A stretch of 64,000 nucleotides of DNA from Candidatus Cloacimonadales bacterium (GTDB lineage Bacteria > Cloacimonadota > Cloacimonadia > Cloacimonadales > JAIOQZ01): positions 672,001 through 736,000 of the forward strand of contig OY762463.1 in NCBI GenBank assembly GCA_963665815.1, written 5' to 3'. A model generated the notes under the pieces. It did not search any database, was not told the DNA's origin, and saw nothing but the letters and a program-made list of their open reading frames with translations. The position numbers and the translations under genes were made by a program. Below, in pieces: positions 1 to 9,970 of the stretch (position 1 is its first letter; every line of letters starts with the position of its first letter).

Positions 1-969
1 ATTAGACGCTTTTTCATTAAAATCCAAACTAAATTTTTCAATGATTCGTAGCAACTTATTTTTAAATGAATTTGAGATTATCACCTCAAGCCCATTATCC
101 TGACTGAATCTGGATTCTTCTGTAGATATCTTATTCAACTCACGTAGAATGATATTTCTGCTGTTGTAAGGTTTCAATGTGTAATATATAAGATCAGTTT
201 TCCCTGTTATACCAACAATTTTCTGTTCTTGCATTTCTTCTCCATGAAATATCTGAGTTCCCGGTTTAAATGTATAGGAAGACTTTACTTCAACCGGAAT
301 TTTATATTGAATAGCAAATTCCAATGCCCTGGAGTGTAATACTCCTGCTCCGCAGTTTGCCAGATCAAGAACAACACTGCTTTCAGCAGAATCAAGTTTG
401 ACAGCCCTATCAGTTATTCGGGGATCAATTGTAAAAACTCCGTCTACATCAGTAAAAATCTCACAGGAATCCGCATTCAGGTAACATGCCAGAGCTACTG
501 CAGTTGTATCCGAGCCACCTCTTCCAAGAGTAGTAACTTCCTTTAATCCGCTTACACCCTGAAAACCGGCAACAATAACTATTTTACTGTTCTTGAGTTC
601 CTCTCTTATACGAAATGCACTAACATTCAGAATTTTTGCATTCCCATGATTATTGCATGTAATGATTCCACTTTGTGAACCGGTAAAAGAAATTGACTCC
701 AGCCCATGCTCGTGTAATGCAAGAGCAAGGAGTGACATACTTATACGCTCTCCTGCGGTCATCAGCATATCAAGTTCCCTGTCAGAGGGATTTGCAGAAA
801 TACTCTCAGCCATATCCAGCAGCTTATTTGTAGTATCACCCATTGCAGATACTACTATAACCATCTGATCTTCTTTGGAAAAATCAGATGCCAGTTTATC
901 AGCTATGTTTTTTATCTTATTGATATCAGCCAGAGATGTTCCGCCAAACTTCTTTACTATTAAACTCAT
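1..969 (-). CDS. lysC: Aspartate kinase, 3' end runs off the window edge
   Basis: Hand translation from ATG 969: MSLIVKKFGGTSLAD...VIVVSAMGDTT...GERIS...VAGFQG...TTLGRGGSDTTA...TDVDG. These are canonical aspartokinase motifs, and the frame stays open to position 1. Not in the ORF track because it has no stop codon here. Confidence 0.93.
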   Translation of the reverse strand, partial: MSLIVKKFGGTSLADINKIKNIADKLASDFSKEDQMVIVVSAMGDTTNKLLDMAESISANPSDRELDMLMTAGERISMSLLALALHEHGLESISFTGSQSGIITCNNHGNAKILNVSAFRIREELKNSKIVIVAGFQGVSGLKEVTTLGRGGSDTTAVALACYLNADSCEIFTDVDGVFTIDPRITDRAVKLDSAESSVVLDLANCGAGVLHSRALEFAIQYKIPVEVKSSYTFKPGTQIFHGEEMQEQKIVGITGKTDLIYYTLKPYNSRNIILRELNKISTEESRFSQDNGLEVIISNSFKNKLLRIIEKFSLDFNEKASN

Positions 970-1119
970 AAGCCTATCTGCAAAGAAGTGTAAAGAATGT
1001 CAAGATTTATCAAGCAATAGAGACTTTGCATAGTTTTAAGAAGTTGATAAAATTCCTGTATTCAATTGAAATCTGTTACCTGAAACTACAGTTTTACTCC
1101 AGATAGAAACAAATGATCC

Positions 1120-2271
1120 CTATGTATGCTTTGGTTCGGTTGTAAATATACTGTCTGCGAATGATTTGTTCATTCGTATCAGGTTTTCATAATTACTGAT
1201 TGAACTCTTTCCATGTTTTTTAGCATCTTTGAGAGCATAATCTGCATTCTTAATCATTTCGTCAACGGAATCAGGCAAGCCAATACAAGAATCTGTCAGC
1301 CCAATACTTACTGTCATCTGAATAATACCGCGGTCCGTAGCTATGATAGAGTCTTCAATCTTTGTGTTAATCTTATCAGCAACAAGTTGAGCATTAGCTA
1401 TAGATGTATTAGGCAAAACAATGAGGAATTCTTTACTCGAATATCGACCAAAAATATCCATTCTCCTGATATTCTGCTGAATAATCAGCGAAACCTGTTG
1501 TAAAATCTGATCTCCGATCAGGTGACCATACGTATCGTTAATAAAACTGAAATTATCTATATCCAGCAGCATGCAGGAAAGATTTATACCGTATCTCTGG
1601 GTCTTACTGAATTCCTTCAGAAACATATCGAGAACAAATCTTCGATTGTATATTTTTGTGAGATAATCATGAGTTGCCAGCATGAATAACTCTTCGTTCT
1701 TCTGCGACAGAACAGCATTTTTCTTTTTCAGTTGACTGTTAAGCTGCTTGAGTTTATTGCGCTGTTTTCTTACTTCTGAGTATAATTCTTTCAGCAGGTT
1801 ATTTTTAACAGAATGAGAAATTTCAGTATATTTAGTATCGAAGACAATTTCTGAAACAGCCTCAAAAATATTCTCATTAATCTGAGGTACGATATCAATA
1901 ATTACTGCCAGATTATCATAATCGATAAGAACAAGCTCTGCTTCTTCATGACACACTATTTCATCGGTAACAATCTCCCTGTTAAAATAACCAAGTTCAC
2001 CAGTAAAACTATTAGCTGATCGCTCTAATCTCAACTCTCTGAACTTTCCATCTCCTGAATCATTATCTGAGACAGAACAATGTACTGAGATTAATCCGTT
2101 AACAACAAGTATTAATTCGACATCACTTAGTGACTCTTTTTTAAGCTTTTCTCCGGCATCTAACTTTACGGAAGTAAACATATCATCAGTTAAATCAATC
2201 AAATCACTTTGTTCAATACCATGGAACAGGAGATTGCGGATTATCTTATCGGCATATTTTGCTGAAATCAT
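1120..2271 (-). CDS. cNMP-binding-like domain, coiled coil and degenerate GGDEF domain
   Basis: N-terminal Crp-like beta-roll (FTGELG), coiled coil, then HDYLTKIYNRR, LLDIDNF, NDTYGHLIGD and TVSIG. The active-site motif reads SSKEF instead of GG(D/E)EF. Confidence 0.85.
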   Translation of the reverse strand: MISAKYADKIIRNLLFHGIEQSDLIDLTDDMFTSVKLDAGEKLKKESLSDVELILVVNGLISVHCSVSDNDSGDGKFRELRLERSANSFTGELGYFNREIVTDEIVCHEEAELVLIDYDNLAVIIDIVPQINENIFEAVSEIVFDTKYTEISHSVKNNLLKELYSEVRKQRNKLKQLNSQLKKKNAVLSQKNEELFMLATHDYLTKIYNRRFVLDMFLKEFSKTQRYGINLSCMLLDIDNFSFINDTYGHLIGDQILQQVSLIIQQNIRRMDIFGRYSSKEFLIVLPNTSIANAQLVADKINTKIEDSIIATDRGIIQMTVSIGLTDSCIGLPDSVDEMIKNADYALKDAKKHGKSSISNYENLIRMNKSFADSIFTTEPKHT

Positions 2272-2481
2272 ACATACCTCATTATTAAGTATTTTACACT
2301 ATAAATATACTTGATATTTGCTTCATGTAAATAAAAAGATTTTAAAATGTGTTGTCAATCTTATATATTATTTTATATATTACTTTCTTTAAAGAGACTT
2401 TTGCATAATTTTGATTAGTTGATTCGATTTTGGAAATCATCTTGCAATGGTCTTCTATAACTGGAAACTCAGGAGATTCTT

Positions 2482-5040
2482 ATGCATAAATTTTTAACTT
2501 TGTTTTTCTTTTTAATTATTTTAATTCCGGGAGGACTTCTCTGTAAAATGAGCAATAACAATAATGCAAAAAAATACGTCTTCAGGTTTGAACCACTGAC
2601 AGCCGGGGATTACGAAGTCTACGTTGTTGGAGATTTTAACGGTTGGAAGAAAAATGACGACTCAAAAATGTTAAATAATAATGGGATCTATACTAAGGAA
2701 TATTCACTTATTCCCGGTGAATATGCTTATAAATTCTACGTAAACGGAAAATGGATTAAAGACGAAAAAGCTGAAAAGTTTGCACCTGACAGCTTTGGTG
2801 GAGAAAATTCAATTCTGGTTATCGAAGAGACTGACAAAACTCTTCGGCGTATACATCTTGAATATCCTGCATCATCAGGCATATCTTCTGCTGCCGTTAC
2901 AGGCAGTTTCAATAAATGGAATCCTAAGAAATTCGAGATGATTAAAAAAAATGGCAGATTTCAACTCGATTTCATGCTTTATGATGGGAAATATGAGTTT
3001 AAATTTTTGATTGATGGAAAGGAATATCTGCTCAACAAGTTAAAATATAGAACAGTCCCGGATGGACTTGGAGGAGAAAATCACCTGTTAGTAGTTGATA
3101 GTAAACATCCTGAAATAATTGCTGAAAAAGGAGATTCAAGCATTGAAACTGACGTTCTATCAGGTATTAACAGAAATATCTTAGAAAAGATAAGCGATAA
3201 TCTGATTCAATTTACTTTCAGAACGGTAAGAAATGATGTAGAGTATGTCAAACTAAACCTTAATAATAAAGATTATGTAATGCATAAAGCGTATACTGCC
3301 AATAATTTCGATGTATATCAGATTATTCTTGATGCTGAGGAGAACATTGATATTCTTGTTGAATTAACTGACGGTTCAAAAAGTTTGTATTGGAATGGAT
3401 CAAAATTCTCAGATACTAAGGTAGCACCACTAAAAAATGTTCTCAGTGAGATTGATAATCCTGAGCCCAAATGGATTAAAGAAGGGATTATCTATCAGAT
3501 TTTTCCGGATAGATTTCAGAATGGCAATGCTGATCTGAATCAGGATTTCAGTGAATGGTATTATCAGGGTATGACAACACCTCCACCAAAAGGTAAAAAG
3601 CTAAAACCTAAGCAGAAATATTTCAGATTTGTTAAAAACTGGTATGATCATGCGCTTCTGCAGCATAATCCTCTTGCAGAAGACGGAGGACCGGACCTTA
3701 ACACTTTTTATGGTGGTGATATTGATGGAATTCACCAGAAACTTGATTATATAGACGATCTGGGCATAAACATCATATATCTGAATCCAGTTAATGAAGC
3801 ACGATCCAACCACAAGTATGACGTTATAGATTTTAAGAAAATAGATCCACACTTCGGGGATAAAGCTACATTCAAGAAATTTGTTGCTGCTGCACATAGA
3901 AAAGGTATTCAAGTAATTCTTGATCTGGTTCTGAATCATACTGGAGATGGCTTTCATGCGTTTCAACATGTCATAAAGTATGGAAAAGACTCAAAGTATT
4001 TCAATTGGTATGAATGGCGTAAGCTGCCTGTACCTTATCCATTCCCGGATGGATTCAATCCCGAAGAGTATTATGCATCATGGTGGGAACATGCAGACCT
4101 GCCGGATCTGAACTATGATCTTGCTCATCCCATTCCACAGGAAAATAAAATCGAAAATATTGAGGATGCTTCCCCCAATCAGGAGCTTGTTGACTATATG
4201 CTTTCAGTTGCAGATTTTTGGCTTTCAGAGATGGACATAGATGGGTTCAGACTGGATGTTCCTAATGAAGTTCCTTTCTGGTTTCTGGAGCTATTCAGGG
4301 ATAAATGTTATTCAATAAAGCCTGATGCAGTTATTATCGGGGAAATCTGGCAAAACGCTGAAAAATGGATGGATAATGATTATTTCAACGGGATAATGAA
4401 CTACGAATATTTTAAAGATCCTGTTTTGGACTTTATCTGTAACAGTAAAATTAGTGCTGAAGAATTTGATAATAAGATCACTCATGGTCTTGATAAATAT
4501 AGAAACAGTCAGATATCCAGCATGATGAACCTTCTCGACAGTCATGACACCTACAGAATTCTCCGGGTTTCTAATGGTATTTACGATAAAGTAAAACTGG
4601 CAGCATTGTTTCAGATGACATTTAAAGGAATGCCTCACATCTGGTATGGAGATGAAATAGCTATGACCGGAGGTAAAGATCCTGACAATCGCAGACCATT
4701 CAATTGGAAATATTATAGAGACAAGAAAAGCGTTGAGATGAGAAATTATTATAAAATACTGATTGCTCTACGTAAAGACAATAGTGAATTCACATTGGGA
4801 GGATTCAAGACTATTCTTACAGATAAAGATGTATATGTATACTCCAGATTTCTCAAAGATAAAGAATCATTTGTTGTTCTCAACACGGGAAACTCTGAAA
4901 GAACAATCACAATAGATATTGAAAATGCTGCAGACAAATACGTAAATCTCCTGGATGGTACCGAATTCAATTCTGAAAATGGAAAGCTGATTATAAAAGT
5001 ATCCCCTGTTTCAGGAGCTGTTCTCAAAGCTGCGGACTAA
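2482..5040 (+). CDS. Exported GH13 alpha-amylase/cyclomaltodextrinase-like enzyme with two CBM48/AMPK-like domains
   Basis: Signal peptide; two VxGxFNxW...YKF modules; YQIFPDRF and YGGDIDG; catalytic FRLDV, IGEIW and LDSHD. Confidence 0.9.
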   Translation: MHKFLTLFFFLIILIPGGLLCKMSNNNNAKKYVFRFEPLTAGDYEVYVVGDFNGWKKNDDSKMLNNNGIYTKEYSLIPGEYAYKFYVNGKWIKDEKAEKFAPDSFGGENSILVIEETDKTLRRIHLEYPASSGISSAAVTGSFNKWNPKKFEMIKKNGRFQLDFMLYDGKYEFKFLIDGKEYLLNKLKYRTVPDGLGGENHLLVVDSKHPEIIAEKGDSSIETDVLSGINRNILEKISDNLIQFTFRTVRNDVEYVKLNLNNKDYVMHKAYTANNFDVYQIILDAEENIDILVELTDGSKSLYWNGSKFSDTKVAPLKNVLSEIDNPEPKWIKEGIIYQIFPDRFQNGNADLNQDFSEWYYQGMTTPPPKGKKLKPKQKYFRFVKNWYDHALLQHNPLAEDGGPDLNTFYGGDIDGIHQKLDYIDDLGINIIYLNPVNEARSNHKYDVIDFKKIDPHFGDKATFKKFVAAAHRKGIQVILDLVLNHTGDGFHAFQHVIKYGKDSKYFNWYEWRKLPVPYPFPDGFNPEEYYASWWEHADLPDLNYDLAHPIPQENKIENIEDASPNQELVDYMLSVADFWLSEMDIDGFRLDVPNEVPFWFLELFRDKCYSIKPDAVIIGEIWQNAEKWMDNDYFNGIMNYEYFKDPVLDFICNSKISAEEFDNKITHGLDKYRNSQISSMMNLLDSHDTYRILRVSNGIYDKVKLAALFQMTFKGMPHIWYGDEIAMTGGKDPDNRRPFNWKYYRDKKSVEMRNYYKILIALRKDNSEFTLGGFKTILTDKDVYVYSRFLKDKESFVVLNTGNSERTITIDIENAADKYVNLLDGTEFNSENGKLIIKVSPVSGAVLKAAD

Positions 5041-6522
5041 TTTCATAAACTCAGATATCTTACCGGAACTTATAGCAGTCTCAGACATTTTCCAGTTCCA
5101 GTTACCTGTTCTGGTTCCAGGTGTATTCATTCTTCCATAAGAACCCAGTCCGAGTGCATCCTGAACAGGAAATATCAGCGTTTCCGCTCCTGAACATACA
5201 GCAGCCTTCAAAATCTCTCGGAATATTGCTGATTCGCCGAAAGTATGCATATTTCTGCTCTTGCACCAATCCATCAGTTGCCTGTTATTACTGCGAATTG
5301 ATGATTTGATCCAGCCAATCAGAGTATCATTGTCATGTGTTCCCGTGTAAAGATAATCACTTTTATCCATATGTTTCAGGTCTTCGATGTAATGAAATTG
5401 CATAACCTTCATACCGGGAATATCATTTTCTTTTCTTATGGATTCCACTACATCTGTCAAGATACCAAGATTCTCTGCTAATACCTTTATTTTTACGTGT
5501 TTTATAACATGTTCAATAAATTTTACTCCCGGACCATCTTTCCATAATCCTTTTTTTGCAGTATTGGAACCATAAGGTATTGACCAGTAATTAATCAGAC
5601 CAATAAAGTGATCGATCCTTACTTCATCCATCAGCTCAGATAAATGATTCAATCTTTCCTGCCACCAGAGATATACCTTATCACTATTACTGTTCCACCT
5701 GTATAACGGATTACCCCATAATTGCCCTGTTTTTGAGAAATAATCCGGAGGTACGCCTGCAACAGAATTTGGAAGACTCTTGTCGGAAAGATCAAAAATA
5801 TCTTTGTTACTCCAAACATCAGAACTATCCATAGCAACATATACTGGTATGTCACCAATGATTCTTATTCCTTTTTTGTTCGCATATTTCCTCAAAGCTG
5901 TCCATTGCATATAAAACAAATACTGTTTGAAAACGATGTAATCGAATTTTTCCTGATTACCATAGATTGTACTTTTAACCAGTTCATGTGAGAAACATCT
6001 ATCGGAAGTTCTCCATTCAATCCACGATTTTCCTTCATTATCCTCTTTCAAAATCTTATATGCCGCAAAAGGTTCTATCCAGTATGAATTACCCAGCACA
6101 AAATCATTGTATGTTTTACTATCTTTGTATATCCCGTTTAATGAGTTAAACAGTATTTTAAGGAGCCTTGCTTTTGCAGAATAAGATTTTTGATAATCTA
6201 TCTTAGGTGTCTTCTTCCATGCTTCAAGTACCAGTATATATTCCTTTGTTACCCCTGAAACATCAATATATTCTGAAAAATACATCAAAGCTTGTGAGAC
6301 GGATATCATAATTGGATTACCTGCAAAAGCGGATATAGAGCTGTAAGGAGAATTATCAAATCCTGTGTGGTTCAGAGGTAGAATCTGCCAATATCTGATA
6401 TGTTCAGCATGCAACATATCGATAAATTTATAAGCCTCGTTTCCAAAGTCTCCAATGCTGAATTCAGATGATAGTGATACAGGATGAAGGAGAAACCCGT
6501 ATTTTCTTTTATTTTCTTTCAT
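5011..6522 (-). CDS. malQ: 4-alpha-glucanotransferase (GH77)
   Basis: WQILPL, SPYSSISAFAGN, GVPPDYFSKTGQLWGNP, RIDHF, GTHDNDT and RMNTPG motifs. Confidence 0.93.
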   Translation of the reverse strand: MKENKRKYGFLLHPVSLSSEFSIGDFGNEAYKFIDMLHAEHIRYWQILPLNHTGFDNSPYSSISAFAGNPIMISVSQALMYFSEYIDVSGVTKEYILVLEAWKKTPKIDYQKSYSAKARLLKILFNSLNGIYKDSKTYNDFVLGNSYWIEPFAAYKILKEDNEGKSWIEWRTSDRCFSHELVKSTIYGNQEKFDYIVFKQYLFYMQWTALRKYANKKGIRIIGDIPVYVAMDSSDVWSNKDIFDLSDKSLPNSVAGVPPDYFSKTGQLWGNPLYRWNSNSDKVYLWWQERLNHLSELMDEVRIDHFIGLINYWSIPYGSNTAKKGLWKDGPGVKFIEHVIKHVKIKVLAENLGILTDVVESIRKENDIPGMKVMQFHYIEDLKHMDKSDYLYTGTHDNDTLIGWIKSSIRSNNRQLMDWCKSRNMHTFGESAIFREILKAAVCSGAETLIFPVQDALGLGSYGRMNTPGTRTGNWNWKMSETAISSGKISEFMKLVRSFENSS

Positions 6523-6625
6523 TATTTCTATTCCATTAACATTCTTTCTATACTCTGAAAAAAGATTGTCAATTTATGTTTTCAGGATATATTATTTTAA
6601 AAATTACATCGAACAAGGAGAAAGT

Positions 6626-7087
6626 ATGCTAATCAGAACAAAATCAACAATTACTTTACCTCTTTACAATATGAAATCAAGAGATTACGATGAACAGAAA
6701 GATAAAATAAGCAACTTAAAAATTACTGGAAGGATAAAAAAAATATCATTCCATGCTCCTTCAGATGAAAAAGTCACTATTATAACTAGTCACATAATTG
6801 AGATTCGCAAAATCAAAAGAACAGATGAAATACATAAGAATCGTGATGGAAGTTTCACTTTAGCAAAACAGGAAATTATTGTAAAAGTACAATCCGTAAA
6901 CAATACATATATGATTTTTGCAAAACTATTCAATAATGAAAATGAAAAAGAGATAAATGAAGAAGCAGATTTAATAGTTAGAGAAATTACTGCTGCAATT
7001 GATGATATGGTTACAAACTCGAATCCATTTGTTAATATATCTAATCAATTGGAACATAGATTCAATAAAATTACAGATACCCTATAA
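6626..7087 (+). CDS. Hypothetical protein (153 aa)
   Basis: ORF with an AAGGAG ribosome-binding site before ATG 6626; no motif recognised. Confidence 0.6.
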   Translation: MLIRTKSTITLPLYNMKSRDYDEQKDKISNLKITGRIKKISFHAPSDEKVTIITSHIIEIRKIKRTDEIHKNRDGSFTLAKQEIIVKVQSVNNTYMIFAKLFNNENEKEINEEADLIVREITAAIDDMVTNSNPFVNISNQLEHRFNKITDTL

Positions 7088-7132
7088 AAAAGCGGCATTG
7101 CTTAATATGATTAAAGTATTCAATACAAAGAA

Positions 7133-7882
7133 CTAATTTCCCAGTATACTATCCAAAGTTCCATCAGACTTCATTTCATGTAGAGCTGCGGATACTTTCA
7201 TTTCTAACATTCTACCTTTATCAGTATCTCTGAAAACATAATATGTATTCGCAATGGCAATAGGCGAGTTCTTATCATAGTGCACTTTATCCAGTATTCC
7301 CAAGATTCTGCAGGACCCAAGAACTGCAGTTTCCTCTCCTACAAAAGCATCTATCCTATTGTTTCTAAGTTTAATTGCACTTTGCTGAAGGTTATCAGTT
7401 TCCTCAATTTTAAAATCTCTGTCTTCAGCTTTAAAATCCTTACTAACACAATGATCAAGGTATCCACGGAGTATACCAACAGTCAATCCTTTAAGTTCTT
7501 TTACGTCACTGAAAATTGGTTGATTCTTATGTGTAAAGATATAATCTTTTTTCGTATAGAAAGATTCCTCAGACTGTATTATTCCATCTTTTTTCTTGTA
7601 GATTCCTTCAACTGCCGGAAAGAGCATATCCCCCTCCCCTGCTTTGAAATCTTCTACAGCACGTTTTGTAGGCTTAAATACAATATTGAATTTTAATCCG
7701 GTTCTTCGTTCTACTTCTCGAGTAATTAACACGAAAGTACCTTCAGTATCATTGATCATAAGTTCCGGAACAAGAAATGACATTACTTTAACAGGCTCTC
7801 CATCAAAATCATAAAGACAATTAATTGAGCTTGTAACAATAATAAAAAGATAAAATAAAATACATTTTCTCAGACGCATCAT
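7133..7882 (-). CDS. Family-3-like periplasmic substrate-binding protein (orphan)
   Basis: Signal peptide and SBP_bac_3-like pattern (PTKRA, LKGLTVG, RIDAFV, LHEMKSDGTLDSI); GGAGG RBS before ATG 7882. Confidence 0.75.
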   Translation of the reverse strand: MMRLRKCILFYLFIIVTSSINCLYDFDGEPVKVMSFLVPELMINDTEGTFVLITREVERRTGLKFNIVFKPTKRAVEDFKAGEGDMLFPAVEGIYKKKDGIIQSEESFYTKKDYIFTHKNQPIFSDVKELKGLTVGILRGYLDHCVSKDFKAEDRDFKIEETDNLQQSAIKLRNNRIDAFVGEETAVLGSCRILGILDKVHYDKNSPIAIANTYYVFRDTDKGRMLEMKVSAALHEMKSDGTLDSILGN

Positions 7883-8184
7883 AATCTCTACCTCCGGAAA
7901 GAGATTCATTCAATTGTAAAGGAATACACGGAGTATCAATACTATTTTAATAACTTTTTTTGCAAATATTTAATAGTCAAAATAGATTTGTCAATATAAT
8001 TTTCATAACTTGAACATACTCTCTTATGAAGTTATGATTTTTTAAAATTAACACTATCCATGTTTAGAATCAGGTTATGGAAAAAGCAGTCCTGATACAG
8101 AACTGGAAAGATTCTGTTGACAGACATTTAGAGAATATTCAATCTTTCTCAAATCAAAAAAAATAATAAGGAACTTGAGGTAAT

Positions 8185-8685
8185 ATGGCAATAGAAACAG
8201 CAGCAATAACTAAAATTGTATCTCAACTCACTACTGTAGTTCCTAAAATAATCAGCAAATACAGACAATCAGGCCTGCAACGGAAAGTGATGTTTCTTGA
8301 TATGCTGGAAGAAGCTCAGGATAATCTGACAATGCTCAAAGAAGACTATATCAGAAACGCAGCAGCACACAATTTGATTATCGATAATCTTGAAAATGAG
8401 AAGCTTAAAGAGTTGATAAAAGCAATCCGGTATAAAAAATTCAGCCCGAAAGCAATTGTTTTGAATGAGCAGTCCAAAGACCTGTGTTCCTGTTACAAAC
8501 AATATAAACAGTTTAATTCAATGGGGCTACAGGATTTTTTGGTTAATATAAACAAAAAGATCAAGGAACTTAAAATAAAGAGAAAGCTATATCAGGAAAA
8601 TGAATCAGGAAAATACAAACCTGATATCCGCCTGAGAAACCTGATAAAGATGTATGAACTGTTATTCGCCAGATTGAAACTTTAG
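8185..8685 (+). CDS. Hypothetical basic helical protein
   Basis: 166-aa ORF with a GAGGT RBS; no motif recognised. Confidence 0.6.
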   Translation: MAIETAAITKIVSQLTTVVPKIISKYRQSGLQRKVMFLDMLEEAQDNLTMLKEDYIRNAAAHNLIIDNLENEKLKELIKAIRYKKFSPKAIVLNEQSKDLCSCYKQYKQFNSMGLQDFLVNINKKIKELKIKRKLYQENESGKYKPDIRLRNLIKMYELLFARLKL

Positions 8686-8696
8686 TCACCCATTAT

Positions 8697-8740
8697 TGGC
8701 ATTGTTAGATACTACTTTGAATACTAGTCTGATAATGCCA
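8697..8740. terminator. Stem-loop between convergent genes
   Basis: TGGCATTGTTAGA pairs with TCTGATAATGCCA (13 bp including two G-U pairs). Confidence 0.4.
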
Positions 8741-8831
8741 GTTCAGCAAGTTCCACAAAAGTTTTTAAGTACCCGATCATACCTATTCCATTAATAATAG
8801 CTCATCATATGCAGAATGCTATTAATTTTTT

Positions 8832-9833
8832 TTAATCCCCAATATTAACCAGTTCATGTTCCTGTAAAGGCAAACTGTATTTATACACTTTTTCACTTTT
8901 AATATCAATAAAGAACATGAGATTATCTTTGATGACTTCAGAATTATCCAAGAGTACATGATGCTCGGGAAGAGCAAACTGCCTGAGTACTTTCCCTTTT
9001 CGACTTACTAGTGCAATAACAGATCGTGATCTCTCCACTTTTGTTCTGAAATCTCTGACCTGTTGTTCTTCACCATATTTGTATGATGTTACAACTAACC
9101 ATAATCCAATATCGTTGTAACCGCATATATGAGCTGAAGAGCCGTCATCATACTCCCGGTACAGATTTTCCAGCAAATTCTCTTTATCTTCAGCAACATC
9201 GGAATAGGTATTCAGATATAAGTTTTCTTCCTTTTTATCCAGAATATAGGTGTAATCACCTTTGATAAAATATGAACTGAAACTGTAGTTCTCCCTTAGA
9301 AATTTCTCAACCTTGCCTTTTATGACCAGGCTTCCGTCTTCAATTGAATACAGCTTATTCTCTGGCAGAAGCTTACCTGTAAAATCTCTGCAATAAATAC
9401 CTGAACTGCTTCTCAACATATCACTGACCTGCACATCACTGATTTCATTAACCAGCTTACCATCTCCATTCAATACTGATATTCGATTGTTACCGATATC
9501 ACTTATATAAACAAATGAGTCATCGCTTGTGACACTCATGACCTGAAAGAACTCTCCGGGACCTCTTCCCTCTTCACCGGTTTTCCTGATAAATGACATA
9601 TCTTTTATTCTGTACTCCCAGATTCCCTTAAATTCATCAGCAATCACAAGTTTGTCATCAAAAACTGCTAAATCAATGGCATTGCTCATATCCAACTCAA
9701 GGCTATCAGCAGAAGTCAGAAAATCTATTCTGTACTTTTCTACCGTACAGGAAGTAATGCTCACTGCTAAAATTATAAGAAATGATATTGCTGAAATATT
9801 CATGATATTTAAGATGGCTCTTTTATACAACAT
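8832..9833 (-). CDS. 6-bladed beta-propeller (NHL-like) probable lipoprotein
   Basis: Lipobox-like ITSC; GxxGRGPGEF signature; YISDIGNNRI NHL-like blade. Confidence 0.75.
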   Translation of the reverse strand: MLYKRAILNIMNISAISFLIILAVSITSCTVEKYRIDFLTSADSLELDMSNAIDLAVFDDKLVIADEFKGIWEYRIKDMSFIRKTGEEGRGPGEFFQVMSVTSDDSFVYISDIGNNRISVLNGDGKLVNEISDVQVSDMLRSSSGIYCRDFTGKLLPENKLYSIEDGSLVIKGKVEKFLRENYSFSSYFIKGDYTYILDKKEENLYLNTYSDVAEDKENLLENLYREYDDGSSAHICGYNDIGLWLVVTSYKYGEEQQVRDFRTKVERSRSVIALVSRKGKVLRQFALPEHHVLLDNSEVIKDNLMFFIDIKSEKVYKYSLPLQEHELVNIGD

Positions 9834-9970
9834 ATTATACCTTTCATTTTTTAGATTTTTAATTTTTTAAAATGATTTTCCATTATTAACTGTCAATTAG
9901 AATAACTCTACAGAATTATATTTACATAACATAGCACTAAATAATAATCAATCATTGAAGGAGATAAATC

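Noticed and set aside
970-1119. Lysine riboswitch upstream of aspartokinase
   Set aside because: Only 150 nt of AT-rich sequence, with no recognisable L-box stems.
6626-9833. Integron cassette array explaining the orphan genes
   Set aside because: Genes alternate in orientation, no repeated attC-like RYYYAAC...GTTRRRY sites were found, and there is no integrase.
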